A stretch of DNA of 64,000 nucleotides from a bacterium (lineage in GTDB: Bacteria > RBG-13-61-14 > DATKZS01): the NCBI GenBank assembly GCA_963674965.2, contig CAXXFL010000007.1, positions 704,001 to 768,000 on the forward strand, written 5' to 3'. A program made the position numbers and the translations under genes. The notes below the pieces were generated by a model. It did not search any database. It had not been told where the DNA came from and worked only from the letters and a program-made list of their open reading frames with translations. Within the stretch, counting starts at the first letter, position 1. Every line of letters starts with the position of its first letter. Positions 51,149 to 60,588 of the stretch are shown piece by piece.

Positions 51149-52000
51149 ATGCATAATTTCCTTAAGATACTGGGTAAGCCCGACAACGTGCCCATAGCGG
51201 CCATGGTCCCGCTTTTTATCCTGGCACTCGCCTGGGCCCTTTGGCGGTCGCGCAAGAGAAAAACCGGCCAAGCGGCCGAGCCGTCCGACAAGGTCCATAC
51301 CTGGCCTTACCTGGCGCGGGTCGAGTTCATCGCCGCCATTATAGTGATGGTCATCCTCACGATCTGGAGTCTGGCCATCGACGCTCCCCTCGAGGGACCG
51401 GCCAACCCCATGGTCACGCCCAACCCGGCCAAGGCCCCCTGGTATTTCCTCGGGCTTCAAGAGTTGCTCGTTTACTTTGATCCCTGGATAGCGGGGGTCA
51501 TCATTCCGGGCATAATCGTCTTCGGCCTGGCCTCCATACCCTACATCGACGTGAACGAGAAGGGATCGGGATACTACGGCCTGGGCGAGAGGCCCTTCGC
51601 CGCGGCCTGCTTCGTGTTCGCCTTCTTCACGCTGGGCATCGGGCTGATCGTGCTGGGGGTTTTCTTTCGCGGACCGGGCTGGAACTTCTTCTGGCCCTGG
51701 GAGTACTGGGACCACCTCAAGGTCTCGGCCATCACCAACGTGAACCTGCCCGAGGCCATGGGAGTTATCGACCCTTTCTGGAAGTTCATGGTGGGCGCCG
51801 TCTTCGAGCTGGGCTGGTACTCGATGGGTCCTCTTTCCTATCTCCTCGTCCGCAAGCGGGAGACGGTGATGAAGCTGGGATGGTTCCGTTACTTCGTGGT
51901 TTCCTTTTTCGTGCTGGCCATGCTGGCCATACCGCTTAAGATTCTGCTCCGGCTTTTCAATATCAAGTACGTGTGGGTGACTCCATGGTTCAACTACTGA
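51149..52000 (+). CDS. Cytochrome b subunit IV-like protein
   Basis: WP.L..E, PANP..TPNP.KAPWYF (PEWY-equivalent), PYID, RPF. Confidence 0.85.
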   Translation: MHNFLKILGKPDNVPIAAMVPLFILALAWALWRSRKRKTGQAAEPSDKVHTWPYLARVEFIAAIIVMVILTIWSLAIDAPLEGPANPMVTPNPAKAPWYFLGLQELLVYFDPWIAGVIIPGIIVFGLASIPYIDVNEKGSGYYGLGERPFAAACFVFAFFTLGIGLIVLGVFFRGPGWNFFWPWEYWDHLKVSAITNVNLPEAMGVIDPFWKFMVGAVFELGWYSMGPLSYLLVRKRETVMKLGWFRYFVVSFFVLAMLAIPLKILLRLFNIKYVWVTPWFNY

Positions 52001-52033
52001 TCCCGGACGCGAGACGGCGCCGCGAGGCCCGAA

Positions 52034-54694
52034 ATGGCTAAGCCCGGACGTCCCGCCGAGGAACGCGACCTCTCGGCCTGGTTCATGGTCTCCAGCCTGG
52101 CCTTGGTCGTGGTCCTGGCCCTGGTGGTTTACGACGAGACCGTCACGCGGCGGCCCTGGAAAAAGTACCAGCGCGATTTCAACGCCCTCGAGATATCACT
52201 TATCGACGCGGCCCTGGCCGAGGAAAAGGAGCGCCTTCAATCCGAGTCGGTCAAGTCCCGGCTTGACAAGATAGACGCCGACCTGGCGGAGGCCAGGTCC
52301 CATCTGTCGGGCGAGGAGTACGGCCAGGCGAAAAGAGATTTCCATCACGAGTCCCTGTTGGCCGACAAGGTCCAGCAGAGCCTCATCTTCATGCGGTCCG
52401 AGCGCGACGAGGCCTTCTACCAGTGGAAAAAATCCTTCCGGGAGGGCCGCGAGTCCCCCGAGGCGAAAAAACGCTACCAATCCCTCGACGAGGAGGTAAT
52501 GATAGACGAGGAAAAGCTGGCGGCCCAGAAGGAAAAGCGGGATGAAGCCGAGGCCCGGCTGGCGAAGTTCACCGACGCCGTGTACAAGCTCGAGTCGGAA
52601 AGGGCCAAGATAACTGCCCACCGCGACGGCCTTGTCCGGAGAAGGGCCGCCGTGCTCGACCGGCGCGTCGAGATCAGGCAGCTCGTGATCCCGGACCTGG
52701 GCGTGGTCGACCGTTGCCCGACCTGCCACGCCGCCATCAACCGCAAGGGCTTTGACGCGCCCGAGATCAAGAACCCCTTTCGCTCCCATCCCGAGCTCGC
52801 CGACATCCTGGGCAAGAACCACCCGCCGGAAAGGTTCGGGTGCGTGGTCTGCCACCAGGGGCAGGGGCCCCAGACCAAGGGCGTCGGACGCCGTCCTTTC
52901 AACCACGGCCGGAACGACCCTTATTGGGTCCGGCCCATGCTCGAGCGGCCCTACGCCGAGACCTCCTGCGTCAAGTGCCATCGGAACGAATGGGAAATAA
53001 AGTGCGCTCCCACCTTGACGCGGGGCAAGAGACTGTTCGCCAACCTGGCCTGTTACGGCTGCCATCTGACCTCGGGCTTTCCCAAGACCAAGCGGATAGG
53101 ACCCAGCCTGAACGGGGTCATGGACAAGGCGTCTCCCGGCTGGATCGCCGCCTGGCTTGGCGATCCCCGCGGGATTCGGCCCAGGACCAGGATGCCCAAC
53201 TCCTGGCCTCCGCTGGAAGGCGGCGCCGACCCGGCGGCCGGGGCCGCGCGAGACGACGAGATCAAGGCGGTTACCGCCTTCATCCTTACCCTGCCCGGAA
53301 GCGAAAAGATAAAGGAGGCCTCGCCCGCGGCCGACGCCGAGACGGGAAAGAGGTCCTTCATTGAAAAGGGCTGCGCCGGATGTCACCGGCTCGAGGCCGT
53401 GGACCTTCCACCCGTCGATGACCCGGACATGTACGAGGACTACGGGCCCGAGTTGACAAAATTCGGAAGCAAGGGTTACGCGGCCTGGATCGAGGCCTAC
53501 CTCGTGAACCCAAGGGCTTTTTACCCCGAGACCCGCATGCCGACGGTAACCCTCACCGGCGAGGAGAGGGCGGACCTCGCGTCCCTGGTGGCCTCGGACG
53601 GGGCGGACGATCCCTACCCCGCGCCGGACGGCCTGGACGAGGGCGGCCTGCTCGAAAAGGGCGAGCGCCTGGTCGGGATTTTCGGGTGCTTCGGTTGTCA
53701 CGAGATGAAAGGCTTCGAGAACTCGCCCCGCGTGGCGCCCGAGCTTAACGGCTTCGGGGACAAGGGACCCGAGATGCTCTCGTTCGGCGACACCATCCTC
53801 GACCACCAAAAGCAGACCTGGCTTAACTGGACCCGCCTGAAGATCGCCTCGCCCCGGGCCTTCGCCAACGAGCGGGAGGTCCTGGTCATGCCCGACCCGG
53901 AGTTGGAAAAGGAGGACGTCGAGGCGGCCGCGGTATATCTTATGAGCTTTCGGAACGACCCCGTGCCCGCGGCCTATCCCAGGAGGCTGGATAAAATCCA
54001 GCGGGGAAAGGAGACGGGCGAGCGGCTCATCCGGGAGTACAACTGCCTGGGCTGCCATCTCCAGGACGGCAAGGGCGGCCACGTGAGACGGGTCATCGGC
54101 GACCCGGGCCTTCGTCCACCCGAGTTGACGGGGGAGGGGGCCAAGGTCCAGCCCGAGTGGCTCTTCCAGTTCCTGAAAAAACCCGACGTCCTCCGGCCCT
54201 GGATGACCATGCGCATGCCCGACTTCTCTTTAACCGACGACGAGGCCCTGGCCTTTACCCAGTACTTCACCGCCCTGGCCGGCAAGGACGACGTGTTCGT
54301 GCAGGTGCCCAAGCAAATGACGCCGGAGATGACGGCGGGAACGGCCCGGGCCTTCGCGACCCTCAAGTGCCTGCAATGCCACCAGCTCACGGCGGGTCCG
54401 GACGTGAAGCTCTCGGACCTGGCGCCGGACATGGCCCTTACCCGGGACCGGCTGAGGCCGTCCTGGATAAAGGACTTTATCGCCGATCCTCAATACCTCA
54501 TGCCCGAGACCAAGATGCCCACCTTCTTTCCCCTCGAGGACGACGACGATCCCGACAGCTTGATGACGCCCCTTGCCGACTGGCTGGGGGGCGACGCCTG
54601 GGCCCAGGTCGAGGCCATAAAGGATTACCTTTACCTTTTGAAGTCGAGTGAAACGGTCGCGGTAATGGACCGACAAACGGCGGGTCCCGATTGA
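52034..54694 (+). CDS. Membrane-anchored octaheme cytochrome c with coiled-coil stalk
   Basis: Eight CxxCH (CPTCH, CVVCH, CVKCH, CYGCH, CAGCH, CFGCH, CLGCH, CLQCH) after an N-terminal TM and coiled coil. Confidence 0.9.
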   Translation: MAKPGRPAEERDLSAWFMVSSLALVVVLALVVYDETVTRRPWKKYQRDFNALEISLIDAALAEEKERLQSESVKSRLDKIDADLAEARSHLSGEEYGQAKRDFHHESLLADKVQQSLIFMRSERDEAFYQWKKSFREGRESPEAKKRYQSLDEEVMIDEEKLAAQKEKRDEAEARLAKFTDAVYKLESERAKITAHRDGLVRRRAAVLDRRVEIRQLVIPDLGVVDRCPTCHAAINRKGFDAPEIKNPFRSHPELADILGKNHPPERFGCVVCHQGQGPQTKGVGRRPFNHGRNDPYWVRPMLERPYAETSCVKCHRNEWEIKCAPTLTRGKRLFANLACYGCHLTSGFPKTKRIGPSLNGVMDKASPGWIAAWLGDPRGIRPRTRMPNSWPPLEGGADPAAGAARDDEIKAVTAFILTLPGSEKIKEASPAADAETGKRSFIEKGCAGCHRLEAVDLPPVDDPDMYEDYGPELTKFGSKGYAAWIEAYLVNPRAFYPETRMPTVTLTGEERADLASLVASDGADDPYPAPDGLDEGGLLEKGERLVGIFGCFGCHEMKGFENSPRVAPELNGFGDKGPEMLSFGDTILDHQKQTWLNWTRLKIASPRAFANEREVLVMPDPELEKEDVEAAAVYLMSFRNDPVPAAYPRRLDKIQRGKETGERLIREYNCLGCHLQDGKGGHVRRVIGDPGLRPPELTGEGAKVQPEWLFQFLKKPDVLRPWMTMRMPDFSLTDDEALAFTQYFTALAGKDDVFVQVPKQMTPEMTAGTARAFATLKCLQCHQLTAGPDVKLSDLAPDMALTRDRLRPSWIKDFIADPQYLMPETKMPTFFPLEDDDDPDSLMTPLADWLGGDAWAQVEAIKDYLYLLKSSETVAVMDRQTAGPD

Positions 54695-54713
54695 CCCGTC
54701 CGGCGGGGGTAAC

Positions 54714-56003
54714 ATGGGCATAAGGAAGAGGACGGCTTTGGCGGCCTTGTTTTTCGCGGGGGTCCTGGCGATGGGGGCGGGCCTGAACCCCGAGGAGGAG
54801 TTCAGGCTGATCCTGAACTGGGAGAAGCCGGAGCCCTATCCGCCTCCCATGATAGAGGGCATGGACCATGACACCCTTGACGTCCTGCTTAACGCCGGCA
54901 ACCTGCAATGGTACGAGCCGCGTCCCGAAAAGGACAAGTGGGAGGCGGTGGTGGGCCTGAAAATCCACGCGCCCCCCGAGAAGGTATGGGAGGTCATCAC
55001 CGATTACCCGGCCCTGTGCGATATCATGCCCCTTACCTATTTGTCCTGCGAGACCGAGTACCGTAAGGGCAACGAGGTCAAGAATAACCAGAAGGGCCAG
55101 ACCACGGTGCTCAAGTTCGCCTACAAGTACGACATCATCGATATCGTCACCGAGGACCCGCCCTATCATCTCCACGTGCTGACCATTGACGGGCTGGACA
55201 ACCGCGAGCTCGACATGATCCTGCTTCCGGCGGACGACGGCAAGAGCACGCTCTTCTTTATGAGGTACTACCTGAACATGGCCGCTCTGGGCGTGAGCAT
55301 GCAGGCCGTGCTCAAGGTCCTGCCCATGGTCGAGCCGCCCACCGCGGTGGGGGCCGCCAACTACCACTCCCGCGCCTATAAGAACGAGGCGGAGAAAAGG
55401 GTCGGCTACAAGCCGCCGCCCCAGCCGGAGGAGTTGAAGATTGACAAGCTCGACCTCAAAACCCTCCGCCGCATAGACGAGATGGGGGGAGGACTGATAA
55501 GGGAGACGCCGGAGGGCAAGATCATCGACGCCCTTACCTACAAGTTCATCGACGCGCCGCCCGATATCGTTTACCAGGTCATGACCGACTTCGACCACTA
55601 CGAGGAAATCTTTCCCGGCTCGAAGTGCACGGTCGAGGAAAGGACCGAGGATAGCGTCCTGCTTTATCAAACCACCTCATCCTTCTCGATCCTCATCTTC
55701 TCCTTCGGGTACGACCTCCACTCCAGGTACGACTTGAAGCCGCCTTACGAGATGACCTACAGGGCCATTGACGGGAAATACGAGGGAAGCCACGGACGCT
55801 TCCGCATCCTGCCCCTCGAGGGAGGAAAGAAGAGCCTCCTGTTCCATAACGCGGGGGTCAGTCTCGAAAAAGACACCAGCCTTACCGCCAGGATCATGAA
55901 GTCCGGCGCCTTCCCCGCCGAGAACATGCTCAACATGATGGGCGCCCAGGCCGCGCTGGTCAGGATCAGGCTCGAGGCGGAAAAAAGAAGCAAGGGGGAA
56001 TAG
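54714..56003 (+). CDS. Exported tandem SRPBCC/START-domain protein
   Basis: Two I.APP..V..V.TD(Y/F) repeats; signal peptide. Confidence 0.75.
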   Translation: MGIRKRTALAALFFAGVLAMGAGLNPEEEFRLILNWEKPEPYPPPMIEGMDHDTLDVLLNAGNLQWYEPRPEKDKWEAVVGLKIHAPPEKVWEVITDYPALCDIMPLTYLSCETEYRKGNEVKNNQKGQTTVLKFAYKYDIIDIVTEDPPYHLHVLTIDGLDNRELDMILLPADDGKSTLFFMRYYLNMAALGVSMQAVLKVLPMVEPPTAVGAANYHSRAYKNEAEKRVGYKPPPQPEELKIDKLDLKTLRRIDEMGGGLIRETPEGKIIDALTYKFIDAPPDIVYQVMTDFDHYEEIFPGSKCTVEERTEDSVLLYQTTSSFSILIFSFGYDLHSRYDLKPPYEMTYRAIDGKYEGSHGRFRILPLEGGKKSLLFHNAGVSLEKDTSLTARIMKSGAFPAENMLNMMGAQAALVRIRLEAEKRSKGE

Positions 56004-56102
56004 CAGAAAACGGACTGGAAGACCAACCGCCGGGATGTGTGCTACAATTGCCCGAAAAATCGCGGCGGACCATCGGCCCCGCCGCGCCTCGGGAGGAAAC
56101 GC

Positions 56103-57002
56103 ATGAATCGAGTCTTACCGGCTATCCTGACCCTCGCCTTTTGTCTGGCCGCCCTCGCCCAGGACGGACCCGGCCGGGCCGGCCTCCGCTACAACCAGGT
56201 CCGCCAGAAGGCGTCCCACAACTCCTACGCCAAAAAGGACGGGGTCTATAAGCAGCTTATGGACTGGAACATCCGCGTTATCGAGTTCGACGCCCACGCG
56301 TCCTCGCCGGGTCTCCTCAAAAGAGACCCCGCCCCGGAGGGCGACTTCCGCGTGTACCACCGGACCGGTGACTCCTTTTCAAACTGCAATCTCCTCTCCG
56401 AGTGCTTCGGCGAGGTGAAAAGGTTCCATGAGGCCAAACCCGACCACCAGGTGGTCACGGTTTTTTTCGACGTCGAGGACCTGGGCGCTCCGGGCCATGG
56501 TAAGGACGACTTCCAGGGGCTGATCGAGCGGTCCTTTCCGGCGGGTTCCGTCCTGAGGCCATCGGACCTCCTCGAGGCCTGTCCGGCCGCCAAGGACCTC
56601 CAGGAGTCGGTCACCGCCGGGGAGTGCCGCTGGCCCCTCCTCGAGGACCTGCGGGGCAAGTTCATCTTCGTGATCAGCGACGGCAGGGAGGAGTTCAGGG
56701 AAACCGGATACGACGCGGCCACGGACCTGGTCTTCCTGGTCAACAAGGGCGGGGCCAGGGGAAGGAAGGCCGAGGAAAAAGACGCGGTCTTCTTCAACAT
56801 GTCCGGTCCCGACCCCTACGCGCTCGAGGTCTTCGAGGCCGGCTTCGTGAGCCGCTGCTACTGGCTCGATAAGGAGAAAAATTACGAGAAGGCCCGCCAT
56901 AACCGCGCCCATATCCTGGCCATGGACAAGCTCGATCCCCAGGCTTACCCTTATACCAACACCACCCAGCCCGACGGGTTCCCTTTCGAGACGATCGAGT
57001 GA
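56103..57002 (+). CDS. PI-PLC-like phosphodiesterase, exported
   Basis: KASHNSY, IR.IEFD.H, VYH, PDH, WP.L..LRGKFIF. Confidence 0.82.
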   Translation: MNRVLPAILTLAFCLAALAQDGPGRAGLRYNQVRQKASHNSYAKKDGVYKQLMDWNIRVIEFDAHASSPGLLKRDPAPEGDFRVYHRTGDSFSNCNLLSECFGEVKRFHEAKPDHQVVTVFFDVEDLGAPGHGKDDFQGLIERSFPAGSVLRPSDLLEACPAAKDLQESVTAGECRWPLLEDLRGKFIFVISDGREEFRETGYDAATDLVFLVNKGGARGRKAEEKDAVFFNMSGPDPYALEVFEAGFVSRCYWLDKEKNYEKARHNRAHILAMDKLDPQAYPYTNTTQPDGFPFETIE

Positions 57003-57081
57003 AAAAAACAAAAATTTCGTGAAATATGCTTAAGTAATCAAATAATATGGGCTTCGCTCGAGAGGGGAGACGTGGTTATTT

Positions 57082-57104
57082 AAGCCGCCCCGCGCGGCTT
57101 CTTT
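57082..57104 (+). terminator. Putative intrinsic terminator
   Basis: AAGCCGC-loop-GCGGCTT followed by CTTT. Confidence 0.4.
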
Positions 57105-57347
57105 CGCGCCCGCTTTTATTAGAAAATTTTAATTAAAAACGCGCCAAAATGGGCCTGAATCGTGCCTATAGCCTCAACCTCCGTCAAGCGGCACGATTTT
57201 TGTCAAGACCGGCCGGCGGGCCTGATTCCTCATTTTTTCATACAGCCTAATATTATTATAACATAATATGTTAAAAGATTTATATAAAGCGATTAATGAA
57301 TTTTTTCATGCTTTTTTTACCGACCTGTAAATTGTGCCTCCAGGATT

Positions 57348-57387
57348 TTGTCCACAAGGGCTCCACAGCTTATCAACCTGTGGATAA
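57348..57387. promoter_or_regulatory. DnaA-box cluster upstream of nrdJ
   Basis: Perfect TGTGGATAA (57379-57387), TTGTCCACA (57348-57356) and two weaker boxes between them. Confidence 0.55.
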
Positions 57388-57450
57388 AGACTGTAACTAA
57401 CTGAAATTATATGCTATAATGCTGTGTATGAAAATTATCTAATTTTTTCC

Positions 57451-57478
57451 TTGACAACACAACATATAGTGGTAACAT
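57451..57478 (+). promoter_or_regulatory. nrdJ sigma70 promoter with NrdR box in the spacer
   Basis: TTGACA, ACACAACATATAGTGG (NrdR box 57457-57472), TGn-TAACAT. Confidence 0.75.
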
Positions 57479-57612
57479 ATGCCCGTATACAAGAACACGC
57501 CGCCGACGCAATTTTGTCGGCATAATTCCAACAGACTAAAAACTAAATCGAAAAGTGGGGCTAAAAACCTCATCGGGCGAAGTGTTGTCAAAATTCGAAA
57601 GGGCGGAAAAAC

Positions 57613-60228
57613 ATGAAAGCGGAAAATGAAAAGCGGAAAGACAAGGACGAGAAAAGCGGTAAGCAGAGCACTAAAGGCAACGGTTCGGCCCAGGCGGGCA
57701 AAGCGGCGATACTCTTCGACGACAACCGGGTGGTGGAGGCGCTCATCCGCGAGCGCGAGTTGTCCATGGACCAGGCCCAGAAGGTGGTCAAGGGCGTAAA
57801 GGAAGAAATCAAGATTCAAAACATTCCCGAGTTGCCCGACAAAGTACTAAAGGATATGATCGACCTCAAGGTCGCCGAGATTCGGCATCGCTACGGCATC
57901 CAGAAAGAGGACCAAAGCTCGATGACGGAGGGAAAATTTTTCGAGGACCAGGACCCCATCGTGAGCGAGAACGCTGTCAAGGTCCTCGAGCGACGCTACC
58001 TTAAAAAGGACCACAACGGCAAACCCATCGAGAAACCCAAACACATGTTCCGCCGCGTGGCCCGGGTCATCGCCGAGATCGACCGGCTTTACGACCCAAC
58101 CGCCGACGTCAAGGCCCTGGCCGACGAGTTCTACGCCATGATGACCCGCTTCGAGTTCATGCCCAACTCACCCACTTTAATGAACGCCGGCCGCGAGCTG
58201 GGACAGCTCTCCGCCTGCTTCGTCATTCCAGTGGACGACTCACTCGACTCGATCTTCGAGGCCGTCAAGCACACGGCCATGATCCATAAGTCCGGCGGAG
58301 GCACCGGCTTTTCCTTCTCCCGCCTCCGCCCCCGAAACGACGTGGTCAACACCACTCGCGGCGTGGCCTCGGGGCCCATCAGCTTCATGCGCGTGTTCGA
58401 CTCGGCCACCGAGGAAATCAAGCAGGGCGGCACCCGCCGGGGCGCCAACATGGGCATCCTCAACGTGGACCATCCCGATATCATGGAGTTCATCACCTGC
58501 AAGGAAGACACGAAAAAGCTCACCAACTTCAACATCTCCATCGGGCTCAACGAGGAGTTCATGCGGGCGGCGGAGGACGACAGGGAATACCCGATCCGCA
58601 ACCCCCGCACACGCGAGATTGTGGGCTCGATCCGGGCCAGGGACGTGTGGGACAAGATAGTGGACTCGGCCTGGCACACGGGAGAGCCCGGCATCATCTT
58701 CATGGACCGGCTCAACGCCGACAACCCCACCCCCGCCCAGGGACCCATCGAGTCGACCAACCCCTGCGGCGAGCAGCCCCTTTTACCCTACGAGTCCTGC
58801 AACCTGGGCTCCATCAACCTGGCCAAGATGGTGGCCGGCGGAGAGGTGGACTACCCGAAGCTATCGGCCGTGGTCCATTCCTCGGTCCACTTCCTGGATA
58901 ATGTCATCGACGCCAACAACTACCCCCTCCCCCAGATCGAGGCCCAGACCAAGAAAAACCGCAAGATCGGACTGGGCATCATGGGATGGGCCGACATGCT
59001 CGTCCAGCTCGGCGTGCCCTACGACTCGGCCGACGCCATCGACCTGGCCGAGGAGGTCATGGAGTTCATCCGCGAGGAAGGAAGGAAAGCCAGCGCGGCC
59101 CTCGCCGACGAGCGCGGGCCTTTCCCCGCCTTCGAGGAAAGCATATACAACAAGCCCGGCAAGCCACCGCTTCGAAACGCCACCATTACCACCATCGCGC
59201 CCACCGGCACCATATCCATCATCTGCGGAGCCAGCTCCGGCGTCGAGCCTTATTTCGCCGTCAGCTACGTGCGCACCTGCATGGATAATGACGAGTTGGC
59301 CGAGGTCAACCCCTTCTTCGAGAAGATGGCTCGCGACGGCGGCTTCTACTCCGAGGACCTCATGAAGCGCATAGCCAAAAAGGGGTCCATCCAGGAATTC
59401 GAGGAAATACCCGACCAGGTTAAAAGAATTTTCATCACCTCCATGGACACCAAACCCGAGTGGCACGCCCGCATGCAGGCCGCCTTCCAGAAAAGCACCG
59501 ACAACGCCGTGTCCAAAACGGTCAACTTCCCCCGCGAGGCCACCAGGGAGGACATCGCCCAGGTCTATCAACTGGCCTATAAGCTCGGATGCAAGGGCGT
59601 GACCGTCTATCGCGACGGCTCCCGCGACGGCCAGGTCCTCGAGTTCAACAAGGAGAAGGAGGCCGCGCCCCAGCCCGAGGGAAGGGGAAGCCTCGAGCCC
59701 CGGCCCAGGAACGACATGATCACGGGCGTCACCCGCAAGATACCCACCGGCTGCGGCTCCCTTTACGTGACCATCAACGAGGACGAGCAGGGCCTGTTCG
59801 AGGTCTTCACCAACATGGGCAAGGCCGGAGGGTGCGCCTCCAGCCAGGCCGAGGCCGTCTCGAGGCTCATCTCGCTGGCCCTGCGCGCCGGCATCAAGAC
59901 CGAGGAGATAGTTAGACAGTTAAAAGGGATATCCTGCCCCATGCAGATTTGGTGGGAAGGCGGCCAGAAAATACTCTCCTGCGCCGACGCCATCGCCAAG
60001 TCCATCGAACTGTACCCATCATACGAGAAAAACGGCTCGAGCAAGGTGACCGTCGGCCCCCCCGCCGGCAAGGCCGCCGTCTCGGCCAAGGCCTCCAAAG
60101 CCGCCGAGCCCGAGGTGTCCTACGACGTCAAAATGACCGTGGCCATGTGCCCCGACTGCGGAGGACCCATCGAGAACAAGGAAGGTTGCATGACCTGCCA
60201 GCTCTGCGGCTTCACGAGGTGCTTGTAA
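57613..60228 (+). CDS. nrdJ: Class II (adenosylcobalamin-dependent) ribonucleotide reductase
   Basis: PNSPTLMNAG, QLSACF, TNPCGEQPL, TIAPTGT, C-terminal SCAD (TSCPD-like) domain and CPDC..CQLC Zn ribbon. Confidence 0.95.
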   Translation: MKAENEKRKDKDEKSGKQSTKGNGSAQAGKAAILFDDNRVVEALIRERELSMDQAQKVVKGVKEEIKIQNIPELPDKVLKDMIDLKVAEIRHRYGIQKEDQSSMTEGKFFEDQDPIVSENAVKVLERRYLKKDHNGKPIEKPKHMFRRVARVIAEIDRLYDPTADVKALADEFYAMMTRFEFMPNSPTLMNAGRELGQLSACFVIPVDDSLDSIFEAVKHTAMIHKSGGGTGFSFSRLRPRNDVVNTTRGVASGPISFMRVFDSATEEIKQGGTRRGANMGILNVDHPDIMEFITCKEDTKKLTNFNISIGLNEEFMRAAEDDREYPIRNPRTREIVGSIRARDVWDKIVDSAWHTGEPGIIFMDRLNADNPTPAQGPIESTNPCGEQPLLPYESCNLGSINLAKMVAGGEVDYPKLSAVVHSSVHFLDNVIDANNYPLPQIEAQTKKNRKIGLGIMGWADMLVQLGVPYDSADAIDLAEEVMEFIREEGRKASAALADERGPFPAFEESIYNKPGKPPLRNATITTIAPTGTISIICGASSGVEPYFAVSYVRTCMDNDELAEVNPFFEKMARDGGFYSEDLMKRIAKKGSIQEFEEIPDQVKRIFITSMDTKPEWHARMQAAFQKSTDNAVSKTVNFPREATREDIAQVYQLAYKLGCKGVTVYRDGSRDGQVLEFNKEKEAAPQPEGRGSLEPRPRNDMITGVTRKIPTGCGSLYVTINEDEQGLFEVFTNMGKAGGCASSQAEAVSRLISLALRAGIKTEEIVRQLKGISCPMQIWWEGGQKILSCADAIAKSIELYPSYEKNGSSKVTVGPPAGKAAVSAKASKAAEPEVSYDVKMTVAMCPDCGGPIENKEGCMTCQLCGFTRCL

Positions 60229-60253
60229 TAAAGATCAAAAAATAGAATACCCG

Positions 60254-60299
60254 CGACGCCGGGGCTGAGAGTGTTGAATGGACGCCTCAGCCGGCGTCG
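60254..60299 (+). terminator. Stem-loop after nrdJ
   Basis: CGACGCC..GGCTGAG / CTCAGCC GGCGTCG inverted repeat. Confidence 0.45.
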
Positions 60300-60588
60300 T
60301 ATTGTTGATAAATGCATTACAGCGAGGTATAATAGATGATAATGAATAATCTATTATATTTGAGGTTGCCCAGTGATAGATATGGCGGAAATGGAGGGGG
60401 CATGCAATTTCCGTTATGTCCGTTGACGTCTGAGGCGACCACGTGTCCCCATGGGGCGGCCCATCAATGGTGTCCTCAATATTACGTGGGCCACCTGCGT
60501 TATATGATTAGAGGTTTCTAATACGTATTGATTTGTAATTAATATGGTGGTATAATTAATCATCTATCAATATAATGCGTGGAGTATA

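Noticed and set aside
57189-57204. Sigma54 promoter CGGCACGATTTTTGTC
   Set aside because: The -12 element is GT rather than GC, and a better sigma70 promoter lies downstream
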